Shown here: piece by piece, positions 9,141-16,757 of the stretch
Layout of the letters: the number at the start of each line of letters is the position of its first letter
How positions within the stretch are numbered: position 1 is the stretch's first letter
Program-made: the position numbers and the translations under genes
Source: Dehalococcoidia bacterium
GTDB taxonomy: Bacteria; Chloroflexota; Dehalococcoidia; E44-bin15
DNA length: 24,000 bases
Direction of reading: 5' to 3'
NCBI GenBank assembly: GCA_030610655.1
Contig: JAUWRG010000005.1
Location: 1-24,000, forward strand
The notes under the pieces: model-generated
The model's input: only the letters and a program-made list of their open reading frames with translations
The model's database searches: none
What the model was told of the DNA's origin: nothing

Positions 9141-10232
9141 TCAGACTATCTGCCCCGCCACTAAATCACCCATCTCTTTGGTGCCTACCTTAGTCTTGCC
9201 TTCGTCCATTATATCATAGGTGCGGTAGCCCTGTTCCAAAACGTCGCTAACCGCCTTTTCCACCGCTTCGGCTTCCTGCACCATCCCCAGTGAATAACGA
9301 AGCATCATAGCAAGTGAGAGTATGGTGGCGATTGGGTTGGCCATGTTCAGCCCTGTCCTGCTCGGGGCGCTGCCATGAATCGGCTCATACATACCAAAGG
9401 TCCGCTCGCCATCCTTAGGTATTCCCGCCAAGCTCGCCGACGGCAACATGCCCATAGAACCAGCGAGCATAGAAGCCTCATCGGTCAGGATGTCGCCGAA
9501 CATGTTCTCAGTTACGATGACATCAAGATCAGCGGGGCGCTGGATTAACCTCATAGCGCAGGCATCGACCAGCATATGTTGTAACTCTACATCGGGATAA
9601 TCTGACGATAGCTCTATAGCGATCTGCCGCCACAACCGCGATGATTCCAGCACATTGGCCTTATCCACTGATGTCAGTTTTTTGCGCCGCGTTCTGGCAA
9701 GCTCAAAGCCAACCCTAAGAATGCGCTCGACCTCCTTTTCGGAGTATACAAGGCTATCGACCGCCTTTCGGCCTGCGGCGGTCTGCCACTGCTTCTTCGG
9801 CTTACCGAAGTAAAGCCCGCCGGTAAGCTCTCGAACTACGATAAGGTCGACACCCTTAACAACAGCCGGCTTCAAGTTGGTGGAATCGACCAGCATGGGG
9901 AGCACCTTCACCGGGCGCAGGTTGGCGAAAAGCTTAAGTTGCTTTCTCAGACCGAGAAGCCCGTCTTCGGGACGTACCTTCGCCCTAGGGTCATCCCACT
10001 TAGGGCCGCCAACCGCTGCCAGGAAAACCGCATCGCTTCTCTTGCACTTGTTGAGCGTCTCTCCAGGGAGGGCTACCCCGAACTCATCTATAGCCACACC
10101 CCCGATAGGGGCATAATCCAGATGGAAAGAATGTCCAAATCTCTTACCCACTGCCTCAAGAACTTTTACCCCTTCGGCAGCGACCTCTGGGCCGACCCCA
10201 TCGCCAGGAAGCACTGCGATATTGAATCTCAC
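9141..10232 (-). CDS. leuB: 3-isopropylmalate dehydrogenase
   Basis: 363 aa. It has [42 protein letters not shown] and EPIHGSAP motifs. Confidence 0.93.
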   Translation of the reverse strand: MRFNIAVLPGDGVGPEVAAEGVKVLEAVGKRFGHSFHLDYAPIGGVAIDEFGVALPGETLNKCKRSDAVFLAAVGGPKWDDPRAKVRPEDGLLGLRKQLKLFANLRPVKVLPMLVDSTNLKPAVVKGVDLIVVRELTGGLYFGKPKKQWQTAAGRKAVDSLVYSEKEVERILRVGFELARTRRKKLTSVDKANVLESSRLWRQIAIELSSDYPDVELQHMLVDACAMRLIQRPADLDVIVTENMFGDILTDEASMLAGSMGMLPSASLAGIPKDGERTFGMYEPIHGSAPSRTGLNMANPIATILSLAMMLRYSLGMVQEAEAVEKAVSDVLEQGYRTYDIMDEGKTKVGTKEMGDLVAGQIV

Positions 10233-10286
10233 TTAGACCTCCTCGCTTCTTTGTTTGAAAATACTTCTATTCCTTTGCTAGGGTAG

Positions 10287-10353
10287 GTTGGAGCATCCGC
10301 TCCAACAACGCCTAGAGCCGATGTTCTAGGCCTGTCCTGAGCTTGTCGAAGGG
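10287..10353 (-). repeat. Intercistronic repeat/hairpin element between leuD and leuB (same family as 6690-6860)
   Basis: Hairpin 1 is gttggagc (10287-10294) paired with gctccaac (10299-10306). Hairpin 2 is cctaga (10311-10316) paired with tctagg (10325-10330). The minus strand of 10330-10353 reads cccttcgacaagctcaggacaggc (PFDKLRTG), similar to 6753-6777. Confidence 0.55.
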
Positions 10354-10380
10354 CTACCCAGTATTCTCACGTTTCGTTCG

Positions 10381-10878
10381 TCAGCGCTTACCCATGAGGG
10401 CCTTCCTGGTATGCTCGACGAGCCCTCCTGCCGAGATAAGCTCCAGCATGAAATCCGGGTAGGGCTCAGCCGTATATATCTTGTCCCTGGTGATGTCCCT
10501 GATCTCGCCTTTTTCCAGTTCCACCTCAAGCTCATCGCCCTGCTCTATCTCATTGGCCTGGGCGCATTCAAGTAAAGGCAGGCCGATGTTGATGGCATTT
10601 CTGAAGAAGATGCGGGCGAAGCTCCGGGCGATGACGCACGATATGCCCACTGCCTTGATGGCGATGGGGGCGTGCTCCCGCGATGAGCCGCAGCCGAAAT
10701 TGGTGGTGGCCACTATTATGTCACCCGGCTGTACTCGGCTCAAGAACTCGCTATCGATGTCCTCCATGCAATGCGCTGCCAGTTCCTCCGGCTCAGAGAG
10801 GTTCAGATAGCGAGCCGGGATGATGACATCGGTATCCACATTGGCCCCATACTTATGAACTTTGCCTTTAAGCTTCAA
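10381..10878 (-). CDS. leuD: 3-isopropylmalate dehydratase small subunit
   Basis: 165 aa with the aconitase swivel-domain motif [15 protein letters not shown]. The start is TTG, with the RBS aaggggag. Confidence 0.9.
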   Translation of the reverse strand: MKLKGKVHKYGANVDTDVIIPARYLNLSEPEELAAHCMEDIDSEFLSRVQPGDIIVATTNFGCGSSREHAPIAIKAVGISCVIARSFARIFFRNAINIGLPLLECAQANEIEQGDELEVELEKGEIRDITRDKIYTAEPYPDFMLELISAGGLVEHTRKALMGKR

Positions 10879-10894
10879 GCTTATATCTCCCCTT

Positions 10895-11446
10895 TCAGAC
10901 CTCCAAGCAACCGAGATAATAGAAGCCTGGAAAATCTGCAGGAATGGTTAAGCTCTTGATATGAAGAGGAGAAAACTTCCTATTAAACCTATTAACTCCA
11001 TCTGTCCAGTCATCCATGCCACCATTTGCCGTGGTTAGAATTAAAAGGAATTTATTGCCTTCTACGATTTCGTTCAATTTTTCAACATCTGGTTTAATCC
11101 CTACCGAGCTTGGGTCCCCAAAATAGAATTGCGCATTATATTTATATCCTTTTTGATACCCTATTAGCCAATGTTTCAATTCGATCCATGCTGTTAATGC
11201 ACCGGACCCCGTTGGCACTTCAACCTTGAAATCAACCTTCCTTTTTCCCACGCCAAATGAGACTTCTCGGTCAAAGTTAGCTAAACTGCCCGCGGCTTTT
11301 TCATCGTCTAACAAGGATAGAAACTCTCCCTTCATCCAGCCTTCCACTTGCACTCCATACTTGCAAAAACAATTTAGATGTTTTTCCCTGGAGTCCAAAA
11401 CCGCTTTAAATCGAGAAACCAAGTCCAAGATAGCGTGATCGGTCAT
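10895..11446 (-). CDS. Orphan PD-(D/E)xK nuclease-fold protein of unknown family
   Basis: 183 aa. The motif order is E ([10 protein letters not shown]), D (RKVDFKVEV), ExK (AWIELKHW), which is the canonical restriction-endonuclease-like core. The gene is AT-richer than its flanks. Its stop lies 16 nt upstream of the leuD start. Confidence 0.55.
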   Translation of the reverse strand: MTDHAILDLVSRFKAVLDSREKHLNCFCKYGVQVEGWMKGEFLSLLDDEKAAGSLANFDREVSFGVGKRKVDFKVEVPTGSGALTAWIELKHWLIGYQKGYKYNAQFYFGDPSSVGIKPDVEKLNEIVEGNKFLLILTTANGGMDDWTDGVNRFNRKFSPLHIKSLTIPADFPGFYYLGCLEV

Positions 11447-11454
11447 TTCTCACC

Positions 11455-11512
11455 TCCCCCAGCCCCGCGAGGCGTCCCAGTATGGCGCTGGCGGCGGCCA
11501 CCAAGCTGCAAA
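11455..11512 (-). repeat. Degenerate copy 3 of the leuC 3' coding end (cassette boundary)
   Basis: On the minus strand it encodes ...[18 protein letters not shown], against the leuC C-terminus [19 protein letters not shown]. By hand alignment, 11473-11498 matches 14400-14425 at 22 of 26 nt. Confidence 0.75.
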
Positions 11513-11537
11513 GTCCTTGTGGGACAAAATGGCTTTT

Positions 11538-11741
11538 TCATTTGAGAATGACAGAGAGCGGTTTTTGTTCCTCTAATGCGCTCACCTTTAGGATGGAAAA
11601 GCCAATGATGTTTCCTTCCTCGTCAACCTTTTCCATTACCGCATCGTTTCCTGTCTCTCTAAAGTAACCTGTTTTTCGCTCAAACATGACTTCAAGATAG
11701 TCTCCTTCTTTGTCGAACCAAACCTTTATTTCCTTTCCCAT
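11538..11741 (-). CDS. DUF2283-family protein (putative antitoxin partner)
   Basis: 67 aa. VWFDKEGDYLEVMF...DEEGNIIGFSILKVS matches the YDxExDxLYI...GxIxGIEI pattern of DUF2283. It overlaps the upstream gene by 16 nt. Confidence 0.7.
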   Translation of the reverse strand: MGKEIKVWFDKEGDYLEVMFERKTGYFRETGNDAVMEKVDEEGNIIGFSILKVSALEEQKPLSVILK

Positions 11742-12040
11742 AGTATTTCGCCTCCCTTTATTGTGTCTGTAAAATACGCCGTAATAATGAACAAATCATC
11801 ATCCAATAATTTAACTACCACACATAGATATTTCTCAGCTATAAGCGTGGCACTGTAATACCGATAAAACAGTTCAACTTGCGGGTCTATTCTAGATCTA
11901 ACAATTATATCAGGATTCAATAAGGTATTCTCTATTTTATCGATCTGCCCGAACATTTCTGGATGGTCAGCCTCAATATGCTCTCGTCTTTCATTTGTTA
12001 ATCGAATTCGGCGGCCATGGATGTCTTTAAACCATTTCAT
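11726..12040 (-). CDS. Putative toxin, DUF4258-like / barnase-RelE-like small nuclease
   Basis: 104 aa. I recognise the pattern (LTNERREHIEADHPEM...NPDIIV...CVVVK...FIITAYFT). The family assignment rests mainly on the pairing with DUF2283. Confidence 0.45.
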   Translation of the reverse strand: MKWFKDIHGRRIRLTNERREHIEADHPEMFGQIDKIENTLLNPDIIVRSRIDPQVELFYRYYSATLIAEKYLCVVVKLLDDDLFIITAYFTDTIKGGEILWERK

Positions 12041-12043
12041 TTA

Positions 12044-12097
12044 TCTCTCCGCCTCCTCCTCCGGCCCCCCCCGATCCGCCCCAAGATGGCGCTGGCC
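12044..12097 (-). repeat. Degenerate copy 2 of the leuC 3' coding end (cassette boundary)
   Basis: On the minus strand it encodes (M)[17 protein letters not shown], against leu[19 protein letters not shown]. 12067-12095 matches 14391-14419 at 23 of 29 nt. The GGAGG-rich tail doubles as the RBS of the next gene. Confidence 0.75.
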
Positions 12098-12101
12098 ATA
12101 A

Positions 12102-12323
12102 CTATAACAATTTCTCGAAATCTTCTGGAGAGAGTCCTGCTTGCCTCAGGATGTTACTAAGTGTGCCAAGCGGTATTATTCTACGACCATGAAAAGGGAC
12201 AACAACTCGCCTTCCCTCCTTGATATAGGAGCGATGACCCCCTTTAGCATGTGAAAACTGAAATCCTACTCTTAATAATGCGCTCTCCATCTCCCGAGCT
12301 GCGACTCTGGGCAGCCTTTTCAT
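12102..12323 (-). CDS. hicA: HicA-family mRNA interferase toxin
   Basis: 73 aa. It shows the YcfA/HicA pattern (LLRVGFQFSHAKGGHRSYIK...VVVPFHG). An ATGA overlap couples it to the upstream hicB. Confidence 0.8.
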   Translation of the reverse strand: MKRLPRVAAREMESALLRVGFQFSHAKGGHRSYIKEGRRVVVPFHGRRIIPLGTLSNILRQAGLSPEDFEKLL

Positions 12324-12562
12324 AGAGCTATGCCCACCTTCTCTAAAGAAGGAGGCATGTCCTCAGGTATAGGCTCATTGTGAATTTTTAGGTCCTCCAA
12401 GTAGCAAAGGATAGCCTCCTTAATGTTCTCTAATGCTTCTTCCTTAGTAGCTCCATAGCTGAAACACCCAGGGAGTGCGGGAACAGAAGCATTATAATAA
12501 CCCTCGAACTCTGGATCGGTTTCCTGCTCCAAGACAACAGTATAGCTATATTCTTTGACCAT
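12320..12562 (-). CDS. hicB: HicB-family antitoxin (UPF0150, short form without a DNA-binding domain)
   Basis: 80 aa. YTVVLEQE...GYYNASVPALPGCFSYGATKEEALENIKEAI is typical of the HicB N-terminal domain. Confidence 0.8.
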   Translation of the reverse strand: MVKEYSYTVVLEQETDPEFEGYYNASVPALPGCFSYGATKEEALENIKEAILCYLEDLKIHNEPIPEDMPPSLEKVGIAL

Positions 12563-12604
12563 AACACCTCCCCTTTATATCTATATCATATATCTCCTCA
12601 TGAA

Positions 12605-12665
12605 CCACTTCCTCCGCCCCAATATTGCGCTGCCAGCGATCACCTGCTCTGTGAGGTAGACACTT
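12605..12665 (-). repeat. Degenerate copy 1 of the leuC 3' coding end (cassette boundary)
   Basis: On the minus strand it encodes SVYLTEQVIAGSAILGRRKW, against leu[22 protein letters not shown]. The 16-nt core ccccaatattgcgctg (12617-12632) is identical to 14402-14417, and aggtagac (12654-12661) equals 14442-14449, with a 3-nt indel between the two blocks. Confidence 0.75.
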
Positions 12666-12680
12666 GGTTGAGGCTGTCCT

Positions 12681-14282
12681 TCAGGACTTAAAAACGTCTC
12701 TGATTCTGCGATTCAGACCACCACCAATCTTCTCAATGGCTTCACACCTAATTCGGGTAAGTTCTTTCTGTTTCTCCTCAAATTCGGCTGTCGAATAGAG
12801 CTTCTCTGGATGCATGTAGACTTCATCCACCGTCCTAATTGCCTTGGGCACTTTGAAGCCGGTAGGCGAATCCACCCAATCCTCGAGACCCCCTCTCAAC
12901 AAAGAGTCCAATATCCCCATCGTATGTTCTAACCTTATATCCTTGTATTGAGCCTCTTCACCCACGCCTCCTGTATTGAGTAGGTAGTATTTCACATGAG
13001 GAAGGCCCCTCAAGATTTCAATAAACCTGTTGGCGTGCTGTGCTTTATTGCCAGCTATAAATGGATCATAGAAAAACTCGCTCCTTATCCTCCCTGCCTG
13101 GGTTGGGTCACCCGCTGACGACTCCACTGCCTGTCCCAGAACCATCAAGGCTGCTGCTTGACTGCGAGTCAACTTAGATATCGCTGGGATCAATGGCCCT
13201 CTGGTTATGAGGATGAGGTTATCAATCCGATCAACATCGATGTACGGGCTGGCATGCAGGAAATCCCTTCGCCGTATGGTCGCTCTCCCATTCGACGTCC
13301 TGGTGAAGTTATAGAAATCGTAGTCACCGTCGTCGGTGACAAAAACGTTTTCGCACAGCGTATCTGGTTTCAACAAACCGTAGAACACCGCGGTTTGCTC
13401 TCCTGGATTCACGCCCTCTGTTTTCGCATAGATCCCTCCCAACTCAAAGCCGTGGAAAGAACCATCTGGCATGAGCGCTCCACCATCGTCCTGAATAAGC
13501 CAGGACCTTTCCCTTTCCTTCTTTGCCATGATGCGACAGGTTGTGGTTGTCTTGCCGTTGGCGCTCAACGCGACAAGCAGCGTTCTGACAGTTCGATAGT
13601 CGCCGTGGACTGATTGAAGGTAGTCCTCCCTACAACCGGCATGCAAGAAGATCCCACCTCTCCTGGTTTTGACGTTCCAATCCTCCGCTGCGAAAACCCC
13701 CTTCTTGTATTCACCTACGTAGTTACTGTTCCTGACGATCTTGATCACCCTTCCATCGTCCAGCATTGCCAATCTTATGGTGATATCCTTTTGGGAAAGC
13801 GGCTTTGCCCGGTTGGCTTCAAAGGCCTCGTCGGTGAAGAATATGATCTGATATATTGGTGACTTGACTTTCCTATTCACTGGCAGATAAAGATTCCCGC
13901 CACCGTAGGCGAGATGAGCAAATCTCACTGGAACAATCATTCTAACCACTGTTTCACTGCTTTCGTTGCCCACGATCCTATCAACGGAAATCAACTTCTC
14001 CCTGGCAAGCGCCTTTTCACACCGGGAAAGCAGTCGCCTTCCCTCCTCGCCGAAAGTATGGTCAACGCTGTTCTTGGTAAACATCGCCGCTCTCGATGTG
14101 GGCTCGCTTTCAGCAGCAAAATTGCCATATATCGTCTTTCTGATACCAGGCTCGATCTCCGTCAATGTCCTAAGCTCCGCATCAGAGGGATTGTCGACTA
14201 ACCTGTTCTCTTCTATAGCCTTTTTCCTGATTCTATCAACAGTTCTGGCGTATTCTTCTAGGTCAAACCCGTTTGGCATCAC
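12681..14282 (-). CDS. Divergent ATP-dependent phosphoenolpyruvate carboxykinase-family protein
   Basis: 533 aa, collinear with PckA motifs: GEYKKG (GEMKKG in PckA), FLHAGC (MHCSAN), ALSANGKTTTT (GLSGTGKTTLS), LIQDDGG (LIGDDEHGW), FELGGIYAKT (FNFEGGCYAKT), NGRATI (NTRVSY), LLNTGGVG (LVNTGWNG). The likely start is the ATG at 14279, one codon inside the GTG at 14282. Confidence 0.65.
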   Translation of the reverse strand: MMPNGFDLEEYARTVDRIRKKAIEENRLVDNPSDAELRTLTEIEPGIRKTIYGNFAAESEPTSRAAMFTKNSVDHTFGEEGRRLLSRCEKALAREKLISVDRIVGNESSETVVRMIVPVRFAHLAYGGGNLYLPVNRKVKSPIYQIIFFTDEAFEANRAKPLSQKDITIRLAMLDDGRVIKIVRNSNYVGEYKKGVFAAEDWNVKTRRGGIFLHAGCREDYLQSVHGDYRTVRTLLVALSANGKTTTTCRIMAKKERERSWLIQDDGGALMPDGSFHGFELGGIYAKTEGVNPGEQTAVFYGLLKPDTLCENVFVTDDGDYDFYNFTRTSNGRATIRRRDFLHASPYIDVDRIDNLILITRGPLIPAISKLTRSQAAALMVLGQAVESSAGDPTQAGRIRSEFFYDPFIAGNKAQHANRFIEILRGLPHVKYYLLNTGGVGEEAQYKDIRLEHTMGILDSLLRGGLEDWVDSPTGFKVPKAIRTVDEVYMHPEKLYSTAEFEEKQKELTRIRCEAIEKIGGGLNRRIRDVFKS

Positions 14283-14362
14283 AGCCTCCCCTTTCTCTCC
14301 ATTCCCCCACAGAGTTCCTTAAGCAGTGGCATATCAAATCTTCCCTGCACGACGCAATACTT

Positions 14363-15634
14363 TCAACCCTCACGTACTACTCCTTCTGGACTACCAATCC
14401 TCCCCAATATTGCGCTGGCGGCGGCAACTGCTGGATTTGCCAGGTAGACTTCTGACTGAGGACTGCCCATGCGGCCAACGAAGTTGCGGTTGGTGGTTGA
14501 GATGCATCTTTCACCCGCTGCGAGGACCCCCATATGTCCACCGAGGCAGGGACCACAAGTGGGCGTGCTCACCGCTGCCCCCGCCCGGATGAAGGTTTCG
14601 ATCAGGCCGCGGCGCATAGCCTCCAGATACACCTCTTGAGAGCCAGGGATGATGATCAAGCGCACCTCAGGGTGAACCTTTCTCCATTTAAGCACCTCGG
14701 CGGCCATCTCCAGGTCCTCGATGCGGCCGTTGGTGCAACTGCCGATCACCACCTGGTCGATCTTCACCTCACCAACCTCGGTTATGGGCCTGGTATTCGA
14801 TGGCAGGTGGGGAAAGGCAACCTGAGGCTCGATCTTGGAGACATCATATTCGATGACTTTTTCATAATAGGCATCTTCATCGGGTTCGTACACCGTGTAG
14901 GGACGCCCGGCACGAGCCTGAATATAAGCCAATGTCTTCTTATCGACCCTAAAGATGCCTGCCTTGGCGCCAGCCTCGATAGCCATGTTTGCCATAGTGA
15001 AGCGACTACTCATAGGCAGAGACTCGATGGCCTCTCCGCAAAGCTCCATTGCGGCATACAGTGCTCCGTCGACGCCGATGTCGCCGATAGTATAAAGAAT
15101 AAGGTCTTTGCCGCTGACCCACTTTTTCGTCCTGCCGTGATAGATGAACTTGATAGTAGGAGGAACTTTCATCCAAGTCTCGCCTGTTGCCATGGCGCAG
15201 GCGATATCGGTCGAGCCCATTCCTGTGGCGAAGGCTCCCAGAGCGCCATAGGTGCAGGTATGGGAATCAGCAGCCACGACCACATCGCCAGGTAACACCA
15301 GCCCCTGCTCCGGCAGAAGCACATGCTCGATGCCGCCTCTACCTACCTCAAAGTAGACCAATCCCTGCTCCCTGGCGAACTCCTTCATCATCTTCGCCTG
15401 CTCCGCTGAGGGGATGTCCTTATTAGGGACAAAATGATCGGCGACCATCACCACCCTCTGGGGGTCAAAGACTTCAGAGACACCGATACGCTCAAACTCG
15501 TTGATGGCGATGGGGGCGGTAACATCATTTGCCATAACGAGGTCAACCCTGACATTTAGGAACTCGCCAGGGCTGACCTTCTTTTTCCCACAATGAGCAG
15601 CAAGTATCTTCTCAGCTATCGTTGATCCTGTCAC
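14363..15634 (-). CDS. leuC: 3-isopropylmalate dehydratase large subunit
   Basis: 423 aa of the aconitase family ([30 protein letters not shown]). The GTG start overlaps the mgtC stop (gtga). The C-terminus is ...[20 protein letters not shown]. Confidence 0.92.
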   Translation of the reverse strand: MTGSTIAEKILAAHCGKKKVSPGEFLNVRVDLVMANDVTAPIAINEFERIGVSEVFDPQRVVMVADHFVPNKDIPSAEQAKMMKEFAREQGLVYFEVGRGGIEHVLLPEQGLVLPGDVVVAADSHTCTYGALGAFATGMGSTDIACAMATGETWMKVPPTIKFIYHGRTKKWVSGKDLILYTIGDIGVDGALYAAMELCGEAIESLPMSSRFTMANMAIEAGAKAGIFRVDKKTLAYIQARAGRPYTVYEPDEDAYYEKVIEYDVSKIEPQVAFPHLPSNTRPITEVGEVKIDQVVIGSCTNGRIEDLEMAAEVLKWRKVHPEVRLIIIPGSQEVYLEAMRRGLIETFIRAGAAVSTPTCGPCLGGHMGVLAAGERCISTTNRNFVGRMGSPQSEVYLANPAVAAASAILGRIGSPEGVVREG

Positions 15635-16038
15635 TCTCCTCCTATCTTCCTGGGAAGCCTGAGCACGATCAGCACAATCAGAGTAGCCACTGGAGCCAAG
15701 ATATACAGGCCTGCGCCAGCAACAAGCCCTATGGCGGCAACCGCCCAGACGCTGGAAGCGGATGTCAAACCGACCACGATTCCCTCCTGTGTCCGTATGA
15801 TCATCCCCGCGCCCAAGAACCCAACACCCACGACTATCCCTGCAGCTATTCGTGCCGGGTCAGCCCCCTCACCGAAGCCGTACATTGAGGCGATGGTGAA
15901 CAGGGCGGCGCCGATACAGATCAGCACATGGGTGCGAAGCCCAGCCGGCTTCCTTGCATGCTGTCGCTCAAACCCTATGAGCGTCCCCAGTGCCACCGCC
16001 AGTAAAAGGCGCAGCACCATCTCTAATTCAGGGGACAA
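15631..16038 (-). CDS. MgtC/SapB-family membrane protein (membrane domain only)
   Basis: 135 aa. [37 protein letters not shown] is the MgtC family signature, and there are 4-5 hydrophobic segments. The start is TTG with the RBS ggaggtga. Confidence 0.8.
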   Translation of the reverse strand: MSPELEMVLRLLLAVALGTLIGFERQHARKPAGLRTHVLICIGAALFTIASMYGFGEGADPARIAAGIVVGVGFLGAGMIIRTQEGIVVGLTSASSVWAVAAIGLVAGAGLYILAPVATLIVLIVLRLPRKIGGE

Positions 16039-16061
16039 GAATCACCTCCTATCCATGTCGG

Positions 16062-16460
16062 CTAGGCTATGGCCTTCTTGAGTTTCCTCAAGTTCCTCAG
16101 GTGTTCATCCTTGTGGCCCGGTTCAAGGAAGGTTAGCTTCTCGCAGGACTCGAACTCATCGCACTGGGCGCAGCTTTCATAGCCCCGTTTCCGGGCGCAG
16201 GTCCTGATTTTGCACCAAGGGTTGCCACCACCCTCGCGGCATCCCTTGCATCTGAGGCTAGCAAGGGCATCAAGGCTCCTCTTAAAAGAGTCATAGTCTC
16301 CCAGGAAGGGAATCGAGGGCCATACCTGCTTTATTTTCTCGGCCCGCATCGTCCGCCGCAACCCCTTGGCCGCCTCGCTTATCGTCTTGGTGTACCCAAA
16401 GCACTGGCTGCAATCAAGGCCGCAATAGGCCATAACGCTACCGGTTTTTATTTCCGCCAT
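16062..16460 (-). CDS. DUF3795-family cysteine-rich protein
   Basis: 132 aa with YCGLDCSQC near the N-terminus plus CKGC, WCKIRTC and CAQC clusters, which matches the DUF3795 pattern. Confidence 0.6.
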   Translation of the reverse strand: MAEIKTGSVMAYCGLDCSQCFGYTKTISEAAKGLRRTMRAEKIKQVWPSIPFLGDYDSFKRSLDALASLRCKGCREGGGNPWCKIRTCARKRGYESCAQCDEFESCEKLTFLEPGHKDEHLRNLRKLKKAIA

Positions 16461-16500
16461 TTTTTCTTCTCTATGTTACTCCGAAAATAGATTTATGAGG

Positions 16501-16591
16501 GCTGAGGGAGTCCTCTCCCTCAGCTTTTCCGTGAAGGAAGGATTCCTTCACGCCTCAGACTATTTTCATGATTCGTTGGTGGGCTGCCGCC
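16501..16591 (-). repeat. Intercistronic repeat element with two tandem perfect hairpins
   Basis: Hairpin A is ctgagggag (16502-16510) paired with ctccctcag (16515-16523). Hairpin B is gtgaaggaa (16531-16539) paired with ttccttcac (16543-16551). catgattcgttggtgggc (16568-16585) is the exact reverse complement of 6701-6718. The element is flanked by tatgagg at 16494-16500 and 16592-16598. Confidence 0.6.
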
Positions 16592-16613
16592 TATGAGGAT
16601 ATGCTATCTGCTA

Positions 16614-16748
16614 CTAGATGATAAGCACCACCAGGACCAATATCAAGGCGATGAAGCTGATACTCAAGCTCATTATGATCAACACCAGCAGCAACTTGCC
16701 AGTGCGCTCCATGCCAGTAAGCCGCTGCTCAATCTTCTCCTCGTCCAT
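16614..16748 (-). CDS. Small single-pass membrane protein (44 aa, below the ORF-track cutoff)
   Basis: The minus-strand ATG at 16748 lies 7 nt downstream of the leuA stop codon, with the RBS aggggg. It translates to MDEEKIEQRLTGMERTGKLLLVLIIMSLSISFIALILVLVVLII, a charged head followed by one clean TM helix. Confidence 0.4.
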   Translation of the reverse strand: MDEEKIEQRLTGMERTGKLLLVLIIMSLSISFIALILVLVVLII

Positions 16749-16757
16749 TCAAACCCC

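Noticed and set aside
10326-10535. 69-aa ORF on the minus strand overlapping the leuD 3' end and the leuD-leuB spacer
   Set aside because: It is out of frame with leuD and ends in repeat-element sequence (..SPSTSSGQA), which is typical spurious translation of the repeat family.
12563-12600. AT-rich quasi-palindromic stretch (tatatctatatcatatatct) upstream of hicB as a promoter or operator
   Set aside because: It sits only ~10-30 nt from the start codon, with no clear -35/-10 spacing, and the HicB here lacks a DNA-binding domain. The evidence is too weak to call.
11455-14450. Whether the four repeated leuC-end sequences are a CRISPR-like array
   Set aside because: The repeats are imperfect, derive from coding sequence, and are spaced irregularly (about 0.5-1.8 kb) with full genes between them. 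There are no short uniform spacers and no cas genes, so this is not CRISPR.
13158-14592. Plus-strand ORFs 13158-13613, 13614-13862, 13914-14201, 13966-14322, 14326-14592
   Set aside because: They are antisense to the PEPCK-like gene and the leuC 3' end, and I saw no motifs or RBS. They are shadow ORFs.
14534-15888. Plus-strand 253-aa ORF (14534-15295) and neighbours 15187-15426, 15622-15888, 15731-16081
   Set aside because: They are antisense to leuC and mgtC, which have strong family motifs. Their translations are Arg/His/Pro-rich with no recognisable domains.
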